Assembly (NCBI GenBank): GCA_050246315.1
Contig: JBFWWG010000005.1
Location: 32,001 to 96,000, forward strand
Direction: 5' to 3'
Origin: Nitrospiraceae bacterium
GTDB lineage: Bacteria; Nitrospirota; Nitrospiria; Nitrospirales; Nitrospiraceae
DNA: 64,000 nt
Positions within the stretch are counted from its first letter, which is position 1, and each line of letters starts with the position of its first letter. A model generated the notes under the pieces. That model was not told the origin of the DNA. It saw only the letters and a list, made by a program, of their open reading frames with translations, and did no database searches. Below, piece after piece: positions 19,881 through 29,197 of the stretch. Made by a program: the position numbers and the translations under genes.

Positions 19881-21206
19881 ATGGGACCCGTCATTCAAGA
19901 GTTGTTGCTGTGTCTGTTGCCCGCCGCGGCCATCGGGGCGATCGTGGGCTGGATGCTCAAGAAACTCTCGCTGGAAGAGCAACAGATCGGCGTGACGCGC
20001 TTTGAGCTGGAAGTGAAGCTGACGGCCGCCGAGCGGAAGGTCCACGCCTTGCAGCGGGATTTGGACGCCGCGCAGCAGGCGGCGCAGGAAAAGGCCGGAT
20101 TGATGACGCAAATCGAGGAAGCCACGACGCAATTGCGGAGTCAGGTGACGGACCGGGACGAGGTGATCCGGACACTGCGAGGGCGATTGGCTTCTCTAGA
20201 AATCTTGCCCGCGAAACTCACCGTACAGGAGGCCGAGCTGGCCGACTTACGGGCGAGGCTCGTCTCCATGGAGGAGTTGCCGAGGCACCTGGCGCAGCGA
20301 GATGCGGAGGTGACGGCCTTGCAGACACAACTGGGCGAGATGGTCGCCCGGGGTAGCGTGGAGGACTTGCGGATGCGGCTCCAAGCCGAAATCCACGAGG
20401 TGCGCCAGCAGTTGGTCTCCGCTCAAGCGGCGGCCGAACAGGAAGATGCCTGGGCTCGTCAATTGCTCGATGAACGGGACGCGACGATACGGGGCCTGCA
20501 TGAGGAGCTGTCGCGTTTTCAAACGCAAGAACGGGAACTTCACGTGCTGACGCACATTGTGGCGGAACGGGAACGAGAGATTGACAAGCTGGCTGCCTCG
20601 GTCGAGCGGTTGGCACAGGTGGAGCGGGATCGCGAGAGGTTACGCAGTTTGGCCGAGCAACGAGATCGTGAACTGTCGGTGTTGAAGCAAAGGCTTTCGA
20701 ACGCCGATCACCAGGGTGAGGAATCGCGGGAACACCCTACCGGCCGTGAGATCCCGATTCAGGAAGGCGAGCGTTGGCATGCCGATGCGGAGCGGCAACA
20801 GCGCACGGTGGCGGCGAGCGACGACGAAATTCAGAACATGGGCGCTCGAATGGAAGAGACCGCTCCGCCGGTGAACGTGGAGAAATCTCAACCCAAGGGC
20901 AAAACGCTCAAACCGCACAGGGATGTGGCGAGGGAGACCGATTCGTCGCTCCCCAAATGGGGAGCCCACGTGCCGGACAATGGCGCCCAGGACGACCTCA
21001 CGCGCATCGCCGGCATCGGGCCGACGCTCGAAAAGTTGCTGCATCGTAACGGCGTCTACTACTTCCGGCAAATCGCCTCCTGGACCAAGGAAGACGTCAA
21101 CCTGATCGATGCCAAGCTGGACACGTTCAAGGGCAGAATTCTGCGCGACAACTGGGTGAAGGGCGCGAAGCAGGAGCATTTCAAGAAATACGGCGAACGA
21201 TTGTGA
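19881..21206 (+). CDS. membrane-anchored coiled-coil protein with C-terminal helix-hairpin-helix-like domain
   Basis: N-terminal TM, long coiled coil, DDLTRIAGIGP...FRQIASW...GRILRDNWV. Confidence 0.75.
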   Translation: MGPVIQELLLCLLPAAAIGAIVGWMLKKLSLEEQQIGVTRFELEVKLTAAERKVHALQRDLDAAQQAAQEKAGLMTQIEEATTQLRSQVTDRDEVIRTLRGRLASLEILPAKLTVQEAELADLRARLVSMEELPRHLAQRDAEVTALQTQLGEMVARGSVEDLRMRLQAEIHEVRQQLVSAQAAAEQEDAWARQLLDERDATIRGLHEELSRFQTQERELHVLTHIVAEREREIDKLAASVERLAQVERDRERLRSLAEQRDRELSVLKQRLSNADHQGEESREHPTGREIPIQEGERWHADAERQQRTVAASDDEIQNMGARMEETAPPVNVEKSQPKGKTLKPHRDVARETDSSLPKWGAHVPDNGAQDDLTRIAGIGPTLEKLLHRNGVYYFRQIASWTKEDVNLIDAKLDTFKGRILRDNWVKGAKQEHFKKYGERL

Positions 21207-21281
21207 GTCGCCCTCGAACTCCACGACCCCCACGAGAGAGTCGACAGGCTTGGGTCACAGCGTTCGGTCGCCACCCTGTCT

Positions 21282-22247
21282 GTGGATGAACCACCGAAAC
21301 GACCCTCGTCGGTCGATGTTCCTGCCTCCGTGGATGCACGCACACAGGCCTTCCGCACGATCAACCGCGATCTGTTGTCACGCATGGCCCCGGACGGCGG
21401 CTTCGGGGAGCGTCCCGGCGCCTCGACAAGAGCCGACGCCACTGCGTGGGCCATACTGGTGCTTCGAACCAGTGGAACACATATCGCAACATTAGCACGG
21501 GCCCGTGCCAGACTGGCCGAGGAGCAGCGGGCGGATGGGCGGGTCTGTGTGAGTCGGGCCCACCCCGATGCTCATTGGCCGACGGCCTTGTCGGTCTTAG
21601 CGTGGAAAGGATCACCCGAACACCGTGAGGCGGAAGCCAGGGCTGTTCGGTTCTTGCTTGAGACCACCGGGGTGCATTATCGGCGTGATCCGGACGATCC
21701 AGTGGCTCACGACACGCTCATTCTAGGGTGGCCGTGGGTGGATGGCACCCATTCCTGGGTGGAGCCGACGGCGGTGGCCGTCTGGGCATTGCGTACCGTC
21801 GGGCAAGGAGCCCATCCGCGCGTGCAGGATGCGATTCGACTGCTCTTGGACCGCCAACTGCCGCAGGGGGGATGGAATTACGGCAACACACAGGTCTTTG
21901 GGCGAATGCTCGATCCGACTCCTGAGCATACGGGAGCGGCGCTCCATGCGTTGGCCGGTTGTGTGGCACGCGAGCAGATTTCGGCCAGTCTTGCCTATTT
22001 GCAGCGTCATCTGGTGGAGATCCGAACTCCCATTGCATTGGGGTGGAGCCTGTTGGGATTGCGCGCATGGAATGCGGTCGAGGGCTCGGTCGATACGGGG
22101 GCGATGGTAGGACACTGTCTGGCCCGTCAAGCGCGATACGGTCTCTACGACACGGGGTCGTTGAGTCTGCTGTTGCTGTCCCTGCTGGCGCCGGCCGATT
22201 CGAATGATGCGGGAGAACAGTCTGATGCCGGATCCGAGCAGTTTTGA
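21282..22247 (+). CDS. prenyltransferase/squalene oxidase repeat protein
   Basis: DGGFG, GWPWVDGTHSWVEPTA, RQLPQGGWNYGN. Confidence 0.78.
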   Translation: MDEPPKRPSSVDVPASVDARTQAFRTINRDLLSRMAPDGGFGERPGASTRADATAWAILVLRTSGTHIATLARARARLAEEQRADGRVCVSRAHPDAHWPTALSVLAWKGSPEHREAEARAVRFLLETTGVHYRRDPDDPVAHDTLILGWPWVDGTHSWVEPTAVAVWALRTVGQGAHPRVQDAIRLLLDRQLPQGGWNYGNTQVFGRMLDPTPEHTGAALHALAGCVAREQISASLAYLQRHLVEIRTPIALGWSLLGLRAWNAVEGSVDTGAMVGHCLARQARYGLYDTGSLSLLLLSLLAPADSNDAGEQSDAGSEQF

Positions 22248-23247
22248 TTCCCCGATCGGGTGGAATCGCAGAGCCTTCCTGCGGACGGTGGTCTATGGGA
22301 TGGTGCTCGGCCCCGGGTTGTTGCGCGCGGACTGTTTCGACGCGACCCCTTCGGCTCCGGCCACGTTTGTCGGGAAGGCAGCCAACTATGGGATGGATCT
22401 GGTCGGTCTGCTGCGGCGAGGGTTTCACGAACTCGCTATCGAGCCTGGGGAACTCAAGGGTAAGCGGATTCTGCTTAAACCGAACCTCGTCGAGACCAGT
22501 TCCGGTGCGCCGCACATCAATACGCATCCGCTGGTGTTGAGGGCGGCGATCGAAGCCCTTCTCGGACTCGGGGCGGCTTCCGTCATGGTGGCCGAGGGGC
22601 CAGGCCATCGGAGGGACACCCTGGCGGTGTATGAAGAGTCCGGCTTGGCGGAGGTGCTGACGGAAGATCGCATCACGTTTCATGATCTGAATTACCTCAC
22701 GGGGTATGAGATGCGGAATGCCGGCCGACAGACCTCCTTGCGGACGTTGACATTCCCTGCTCTCTTCAAGGAAGTCGATTGGATCGTTTCCGTGGCCAAG
22801 ATGAAGACGCACCATTGGGCCGGAGTGACGCTATCCATGAAGAACCTGTTCGGTGTGATGCCCGGCATCTACTACGGCTGGCCGAAGAACGTGCTGCACC
22901 ATGCGGGAATCGAGAATGCGATTCTGGACATCACTGCGACACTCAGGCCGCAGTTTGCGATTGTGGACGGGATCATCGGCATGGAAGGCGACGGGCCGAT
23001 CATGGGCGATCCTAAACAGGCCGGAGTGATTGTGATGGGGCGCAATCTTCCGGCCGTGGATGCCACCTGTTGTCGGATCATGGGGATCGATCCGCACAAG
23101 ATCGGCTATCTGGATCGAGCGGATCGTTGGCTGGGTTCGATTGCGGACACCTGTATCGAGCAGCGGGGAGAAACGACTACATCGGTGCGCACCGACTTTC
23201 GGTTGATCGACCAGATTCCTGCGCAGCGGGAAATTCGTCTCGGTTGA
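22225..23247 (+). CDS. DUF362 domain protein with Tat-like RR signal
   Basis: NRRAFL, LLKPNLV, KMKTH, MKNLFG, GMEGDGP, AVDA. Confidence 0.85.
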   Translation: MPDPSSFDSPIGWNRRAFLRTVVYGMVLGPGLLRADCFDATPSAPATFVGKAANYGMDLVGLLRRGFHELAIEPGELKGKRILLKPNLVETSSGAPHINTHPLVLRAAIEALLGLGAASVMVAEGPGHRRDTLAVYEESGLAEVLTEDRITFHDLNYLTGYEMRNAGRQTSLRTLTFPALFKEVDWIVSVAKMKTHHWAGVTLSMKNLFGVMPGIYYGWPKNVLHHAGIENAILDITATLRPQFAIVDGIIGMEGDGPIMGDPKQAGVIVMGRNLPAVDATCCRIMGIDPHKIGYLDRADRWLGSIADTCIEQRGETTTSVRTDFRLIDQIPAQREIRLG

Positions 23248-23530
23248 AAGGGCAAGATCGTCAACAATTGGTCATGGGTTTGGGGCATCATGCTCGGCTT
23301 CTCTTAGACCGTAGCCCTTACGGCGGCCGGACGACGAACGGAGCCTGTGCCAGCGGCCGGCAGGTGGCGAGAGAACGCCGAGCCAACGTGTCGTCGAATC
23401 GGTGTTGGGAGCGAGGGGAGCGGAAGGTGTTGCCTTTGTCTGGCAGTTCGAACGATACTGCCGGGCCTTGAAATGACAATCGCTGACAGAGGAAGATAAC
23501 CGGACGATAGCTGAATAGCGAGGGAGACCG

Positions 23531-23905
23531 ATGTCGATTCGCCGACCGGAAGAGATGCATGCGGTGTTCTGTGCGCGGTACAACGCCGGGGATCTCGACG
23601 GGCTGGTCGCCCTCTATGAACCCAACGCCAAGCTGGTTCCGCAACCGGGGCAGGAAGTCCAGGGACGAGAAGCCGTTCGGGCCGGCTTGCAAGGTTTCCT
23701 GGCACTGATGCCTCATCTGGATATGACCACCCGCTATGTGCTGGCAACCGGAGATACAGCGGTGATCAGCGGGCAATGGAAGCTCACCGGCACAGGACCG
23801 GGTGGAACGGCTGCTGAAATGACCGGCAAGAGCGTCGAGGTCCTACGCCGCCAGCCGGACGGGACCTGGCTCTTCGTGCTGGACCATCCCTTCGGGGCAG
23901 ACTGA
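23531..23905 (+). CDS. SnoaL/NTF2-like (DUF4440/YybH) protein
   Basis: GDLDGLVALYE...VLRRQPDGTWLFVLDHPFG. Confidence 0.85.
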   Translation: MSIRRPEEMHAVFCARYNAGDLDGLVALYEPNAKLVPQPGQEVQGREAVRAGLQGFLALMPHLDMTTRYVLATGDTAVISGQWKLTGTGPGGTAAEMTGKSVEVLRRQPDGTWLFVLDHPFGAD

Positions 23906-24026
23906 TTGCGGTTTCGGGTAGACCTGCGTTCGACCGTCTGTCGTTCACCCGCCAAGCCAATTGACTCGACTGCCGATCTCCTCTACTGAGTTTGCTCCAC
24001 GCTCATGAGACGGTTCTGAGGAATCC

Positions 24027-26867
24027 GTGCTGACCCGACTCGCGAAAATCCTGGCCGGTTTGCTGCTGATTGTCTTGGGCCTGCTGTTCCTGCTGTACAG
24101 CATTCTGCCGGACCTCACGTCCCGTCTGCTGGTCCGGCTCTTGGTCCTGCGTGGGTTTGACCAGGTCGTTGTGCAAGTGGACCGGCCGGGGTTGACCTCC
24201 CTTCATATCCCGAACCTGTCCGTCCATAAAGTCCTCGGTTCCGAGCATCTGCGGCTCGCCCTGGAAGACGTACAGGTGGAGTACGACCTGCGAGAATTGC
24301 TGCGAGGACGGCTCGGGACCGTGGTCGTCCCCCGTGCGTCGATTGTGCTGCAAGATGCGCGAGGGAGCTCCGACCCCGCCGATGTACCGGAACCGCCGAC
24401 GCTGGCGTTTGGAACGCTGTTCCAACCAATCCCCAAGTTGCCGCTTGCCCAACTGTTTCTGGATCAGGTCACGGTACATCGGGATCGCGCGAGCGGGCCC
24501 TTTCGAGATATGACGATCTCCGGAACCATCCAAGAGCACGCGCAGGTGCTCACAGGGGCTCTGACCTTCAAGGGGCTCCAGGGGAGCGCCTATCAATTGC
24601 GATGGATGGGCAGGCATGCCGGCGCCATGACGGTCGAGTTGCATCGGCTCGGACGCCAGGGGTCCCCGGTCGTCTCGTTTCGTTCGGAGCAATTGCCCTC
24701 CGATTCGGACCTCCATCTGCGTGGGACGTTCCAGACGGAATTTCAGGAATTGGCACCCCTGTTGGCGTTGCTGGTTCCCCTGGGGCCGCAGATCGAACAG
24801 ATCTCCGGCACCGTCTCGGCCGAATGGTCGGGCACCGCATCAAGATCGACAACGATGCAGTCACTCTGGCTCGATCCGGCCACCAAGGTCGAAGGAAACG
24901 TGCAAGTCAGGCTGTCCCTTCCTGAATGGCCGGGCCTGGCGCAAACCGTCGCGTTGTTGCTCAGCGGGCAGATTTCCGGCAACGGCCATCGCCTGGATTG
25001 GACGCTGAACCAAGACAGCCTCTTTGGAGCCAATGTTTCGCTTGCGACGTTCAAGATGCCGGGCTGGCTGGCGGCCTCGTTCACCAGGAGCTTCGCACCC
25101 TTGACGATAGATCTGCCGTCCGGTGCGCATGGCCACCTCATCCCATCGGCCGAATCACCATCTTGGGCTATGGAGGGACCGGTCCGTGCCCGGTACGGGA
25201 ATGCCACCACACCGATGCGTGCTGAACTGATCGCCACGACTCTTGCGCAGTCGCCAATCCAGGATCTGTCAGGGAGGGGAAAGGTTCGTCTGGCGGGTAA
25301 GGCGAGACCGGTCGCACAGGACGCAGTCCAGGTGGCTGAAGCGACGTGGGATGTGGTCGGAGAGGCGACCGTGGAGGCGGCTCGGGCGCAGGTCCAGCTC
25401 GATCGCACCTCGATGGTGAAGGTGTCGAGAGTTCGCACGGCCCAGGTCAGGGTGCCGAGCGTGATTCTGAACGTCGCGGAGCCGCTTCACCTGCTGGTTG
25501 ATCTGCCGAGCCGACACTGGGTGATCGATCACGGCCGGGTTCGGCTTCGGGTACCGAGTTTCACGGTGAAGGAGACGAGGCTGACGCTCGACCGGGCGGA
25601 TCTTGGGATCAAGCGATTGGAACCGGTTGAGACCGGCTGGAATGCGGACCTGTCGCTCGCCGTTACTCGTCTGGCACCCAGCATGACCACGTTGGCCCTG
25701 CCTTCGTCGGATTGGCAGATCCATGTTGCGACAGAGCCGTCGATGATCATGGCCGAGGTGGAGGGGAAGACGTCTAACAATCTGATATCAATGACCGGCT
25801 CCGGGACTCAGCGCTGGTCCGAGAAGCAGGGTTCGGCCCGGCTGCATCTGGGACCGCTCCGGTTCGAGCCTTCGCAGGCCGTACTCAGCGCCTTGGCGAC
25901 CCCATGGCCCTATCCGTTCGATATCGTTGGTGGGGAGGCCTCGTCCGACATCGAGGTCGTTTGGACGGGAGATCCACGGCTGACCGATGAGGCGCCGATA
26001 ATTCAACGGGCCACCGTGACACTTGCGCTGAACCAGCTCGACGGACGCTATCGGAACTATGACATCCGCGGCCTCTCGACGAATGCGACGGTACATCTCA
26101 AAGGCACGGAGAGCCTCACCATGCCGGAGCCGGCACGAGTCGGGGTGGCCTCAGTCAAGGGGCCTGTCGAAGTCACGCGGCTCTCCTGCGAAGTGCAGGT
26201 CGGATGGACCGATCCTTCCACCATCGCCTGGGTCGATCTCCGGCATCTGCGCGCGGGCCTGTTCGGCGGCCAGATCGTCAGTGACGGGCTGCGCTATGAA
26301 CCGATTCAGCCGACACACCGGTTGACGTTGCAGCTTCAGGACTTCGACGTACAGCAGCTCCTGAGCCTGGAGCAACAGAAGGGGTTGGAGGGGACCGGCA
26401 TCCTAGACGGCACGTTGCCCATGGTCATCAGCGGCAAGACGGTGGTGGTTGAGGATGGGATTGTGGAAGCTCGCCCTCCGGGCGGCGTGATACGGTATCG
26501 GCCTCCGGCCGTCGCCGGTCAAGCGGTTGCCTCGACGAATCCGCAAATGGAAATGGTTTTGCAAGCCCTTTCGGATTTTCACTACAATGTGCTGACGATG
26601 TCCGTGCAATACCGGGAAGCAGGGAATCTGTCGCTCAACACGCGGCTTGAAGGGCGCAATCCAGGTTGGCAGAACGGACGGCCGGTTCACTTCAACCTGA
26701 ACGTGCAGGAAAATATCCCGGCTCTGTTGAAGACGCTGGATACGGTGACGAGGGTTCAGGACGCCCTCACCGAGCGATTGGAGGGGGAGGGCGGTAGTAG
26801 CGGCCAGACGGAGGGTGGTGCCAACCGAGGTGCGCCCGGATCAGACGAGGCGGAAGGGGAGCGGTGA
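24027..26867 (+). CDS. ydbH: YdbH-domain intermembrane bridge protein
   Basis: N-terminal TM, beta-rich 946 aa, ALSDFHY and PVHFNLNVQENIPALL; followed by ynbE and ydbL. Confidence 0.8.
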   Translation: MLTRLAKILAGLLLIVLGLLFLLYSILPDLTSRLLVRLLVLRGFDQVVVQVDRPGLTSLHIPNLSVHKVLGSEHLRLALEDVQVEYDLRELLRGRLGTVVVPRASIVLQDARGSSDPADVPEPPTLAFGTLFQPIPKLPLAQLFLDQVTVHRDRASGPFRDMTISGTIQEHAQVLTGALTFKGLQGSAYQLRWMGRHAGAMTVELHRLGRQGSPVVSFRSEQLPSDSDLHLRGTFQTEFQELAPLLALLVPLGPQIEQISGTVSAEWSGTASRSTTMQSLWLDPATKVEGNVQVRLSLPEWPGLAQTVALLLSGQISGNGHRLDWTLNQDSLFGANVSLATFKMPGWLAASFTRSFAPLTIDLPSGAHGHLIPSAESPSWAMEGPVRARYGNATTPMRAELIATTLAQSPIQDLSGRGKVRLAGKARPVAQDAVQVAEATWDVVGEATVEAARAQVQLDRTSMVKVSRVRTAQVRVPSVILNVAEPLHLLVDLPSRHWVIDHGRVRLRVPSFTVKETRLTLDRADLGIKRLEPVETGWNADLSLAVTRLAPSMTTLALPSSDWQIHVATEPSMIMAEVEGKTSNNLISMTGSGTQRWSEKQGSARLHLGPLRFEPSQAVLSALATPWPYPFDIVGGEASSDIEVVWTGDPRLTDEAPIIQRATVTLALNQLDGRYRNYDIRGLSTNATVHLKGTESLTMPEPARVGVASVKGPVEVTRLSCEVQVGWTDPSTIAWVDLRHLRAGLFGGQIVSDGLRYEPIQPTHRLTLQLQDFDVQQLLSLEQQKGLEGTGILDGTLPMVISGKTVVVEDGIVEARPPGGVIRYRPPAVAGQAVASTNPQMEMVLQALSDFHYNVLTMSVQYREAGNLSLNTRLEGRNPGWQNGRPVHFNLNVQENIPALLKTLDTVTRVQDALTERLEGEGGSSGQTEGGANRGAPGSDEAEGER

Positions 26868-27070
26868 ACATGCAGATGCGCATGGTCGTCTTGGGAATGT
26901 GGATGATGACTTTTGGAAGCGGTGTCGCCGGGTGTACCCCTCGGGTGGAGGTCGCGCCGCCGGAAAAGCCCATCACGATCAACCTGAACGTGAAGATCGA
27001 CCACGAAATCCGGGTCAAGGTCGATAAGGAATTGGACCAGGTCTTATCCGATAAGGGTGGGTTGTTCTGA
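26864..27070 (+). CDS. ynbE: YnbE family lipoprotein
   Basis: AGCTPRVEV...PITINLNVKIDHEIRVKVD. Confidence 0.9.
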   Translation: MNMQMRMVVLGMWMMTFGSGVAGCTPRVEVAPPEKPITINLNVKIDHEIRVKVDKELDQVLSDKGGLF

Positions 27071-27081
27071 ATGCGATATTA

Positions 27082-27435
27082 ATGAGGAGCATGATCATGC
27101 GCCGATGGAATCGAACCGTCCTGTTAATGACTCTTGTGCTGATGGGTTTGGTGTGGGGTGTCTCGGCTTGGGCCCTGTCGCTGGACGAAGCCAAGGCCAA
27201 GGGATTGGTAGGAGAAAAACCGAGCGGGTATCTGGGAGTTGTCTCGGGCGGCGCAGACGTACAGGCCCTGGTGAACGATATCAATCAGAAGCGCCGCCAG
27301 GCCTATGGGGACATTGCGAGTCGCAACAAGACCGATCTCAAGGATGTCGAAACCCTTGCGGGTGAGAAGGCCATCCAGAATACCAAGCCCGGCCATTTCG
27401 TACAGTCACCCTCAGGGCAGTGGATGAAGAAGTAG
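27082..27435 (+). CDS. ydbL: YdbL family protein
   Basis: LDEAKAKGLVGE...GYLG...IN-x-KRR...W-x-KK. Confidence 0.88.
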   Translation: MRSMIMRRWNRTVLLMTLVLMGLVWGVSAWALSLDEAKAKGLVGEKPSGYLGVVSGGADVQALVNDINQKRRQAYGDIASRNKTDLKDVETLAGEKAIQNTKPGHFVQSPSGQWMKK

Positions 27436-27668
27436 CGATCTCCTCCTCTTCCGACAAGCCCTGCCGCCTCTTCCCGAGCAAGCAATTCTCTGGGTGCTGC
27501 TAGCGCATTCCACGCCTCGGTTGAATGACGAGGGTCGATCGTCGCCGCCCTCCCTTCGTATACGTTCCGATACACCGGCTGAAGAAACAGATACAGTGCA
27601 GTCAACGACTCGGTGGGCGCCACCTCCTGGTCGATGGCCCTCGCCCTGATCCTTCGTTCGAATCCCTC

Positions 27669-27798
27669 TAGTGTTGCGTCCCAGAAGTTCGTTCGTGGTG
27701 AGCCTGTCGAACCATGAACGGAACTCCTTGAAAGTGGGCGCCCTTCGACCGGCTCAGGGCGAACGGATTATTACCGGAACTTACGGGACACAACACTA
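27669..27798. repeat. MITE/REP-like element
   Basis: TIRs tagtgttgcgtccc / gggacacaacacta; internal tgagcctgtcgaacc and cttcgaccggctca. Confidence 0.75.
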
Positions 27799-28003
27799 GC
27801 AGGCTGCGGAAAAACTGTTTTCGGCCTCTGAAATCGTCATGGTCATCGAGGACTCAGACGACAGCGGAAAGCCATGCAGGATGCTCAAAAAGGCTGTCCA
27901 GCAAGGCCGCAGCGAGCGAAGGGGCGAATCGTACTCTTTTCTGTACGTTGAGCCTCTGAGCGATGCGAGAACGCCGCTGGCGGACTTTTTCAGCATCCTG
28001 CTA
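27797..28003. repeat. MITE-like element abutting the previous one
   Basis: Ends tagcaggctgcggaaaaa ... tttttcagcatcctgcta; inner gcaggatgctcaaaaag inverted copy. Confidence 0.75.
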
Positions 28004-28352
28004 GAAATCTCCGTTCAACAGTCACAGATCGAATGAACGCCTAGCCGATCACTCGGCAAGCTCGTGGCCTGGAAGTTGCTTATGTCCATGGTGTGTGAGG
28101 TCTTCGATGAGGCGGCTCCTCCTACATAAGCTGGGACACCTGATGATCCTCGGCGCCAGAACAATGGTCCAAATTGGGATGACTGTATTTCTGACAAAGC
28201 AGTTGATGCTGCGGGACTGGTTCGAGAAGGCGATCTCGTGAGGGTGGCCGGGTTTGTCCCAGGAATGGAGCACTTATGCTTCAGCCGCTGCGCTCCAGGT
28301 GATGAGCGCCTCTCTCCGAGAGGAGGTGCGCAGTCGCTGATGCACGATCCGA

Positions 28353-29012
28353 TTAACCGTATCGATCGTTCTTCCACGGGAACGCGCTGTTCGAATAGCC
28401 GCGGACTTCCCAAAAACCCTTCTCATCGCGGTCCGAGAACGTGATCTCCTTCACCCACTTGGCACCCTTCCACGCGTAGCGTTTGGGAATGATCATGCGG
28501 ACCGGTCCGCCGTGGTCCTTCGTGAGCGGCTTGCCGTTCCATGAACGGCATAGCAGGACATCGTCGTCGTCGCAGGCCTCAAGCGGGAGATTGGTCGTGT
28601 AGTCGTCATAGGACTTGAACAGAACGAACTTGGCCAGGCTCAGCGGCTTGACCAGGCTGATCAGGTGCTTGAAGCTCACGCCCTCCCATTCGTTGTCGAA
28701 CGTGCTCCAGGTCGTCACGCAGTGAAAGTCGGAGACGGAGCGGAACGGTGGTTGGGCCTGGAAATCCTGCCAGGTCCAGGTCAGAGGCTGGGCCACAAAG
28801 CCGCCGACGGTCAGGCTCCATTGCATAAGCGGGATCTCCGGCTTATGGCCGAGGTCGAGCACGGGCCAGTTGTTCACGAGATGCTGGCCGGGCGGCAGAC
28901 GATCCGGCTCCGGCGCCTCGTCATCGACCTCACGCCCGCCGAGACCGCGTTTCTCCCTCGCCCAGGCTTGCTTCTTTTGGATCAGACGGTCGTTGCTGTC
29001 CACGGGTTTCAT
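28353..29012 (-). CDS. sulfite oxidase-like molybdopterin oxidoreductase
   Basis: RLPPGQ, DFHCVTTWS, HGGPVR, YAWKGAKW, GFWE-x-RGY. Confidence 0.9.
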   Translation of the reverse strand: MKPVDSNDRLIQKKQAWAREKRGLGGREVDDEAPEPDRLPPGQHLVNNWPVLDLGHKPEIPLMQWSLTVGGFVAQPLTWTWQDFQAQPPFRSVSDFHCVTTWSTFDNEWEGVSFKHLISLVKPLSLAKFVLFKSYDDYTTNLPLEACDDDDVLLCRSWNGKPLTKDHGGPVRMIIPKRYAWKGAKWVKEITFSDRDEKGFWEVRGYSNSAFPWKNDRYG

Positions 29013-29197
29013 TTCTCCTCTGGATGGGTCGCAGTGCTCCTGCGCATCTTACAGCAGTGAGACTCGAAGTCGAAACCGTGTTGACTGCAAGACGAGGATG
29101 GCATCAGCCCATCAGGGGTTGAGGCCGGTCCGGAACGGTGAGATAATCCCGGTGCTTTTTTGGCGCGACATCGTAGCAAACTCTACGAGTTGGTGAC

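Noticed and set aside
27796..27996. 66-aa ORF MLKKSASGVLASLRGSTY...
   Set aside because: Lies within a TIR-bounded repeat element and is likely spurious.
27440..28340. Possible gene remnants flanking the tandem MITEs
   Set aside because: No recognisable homology by eye.
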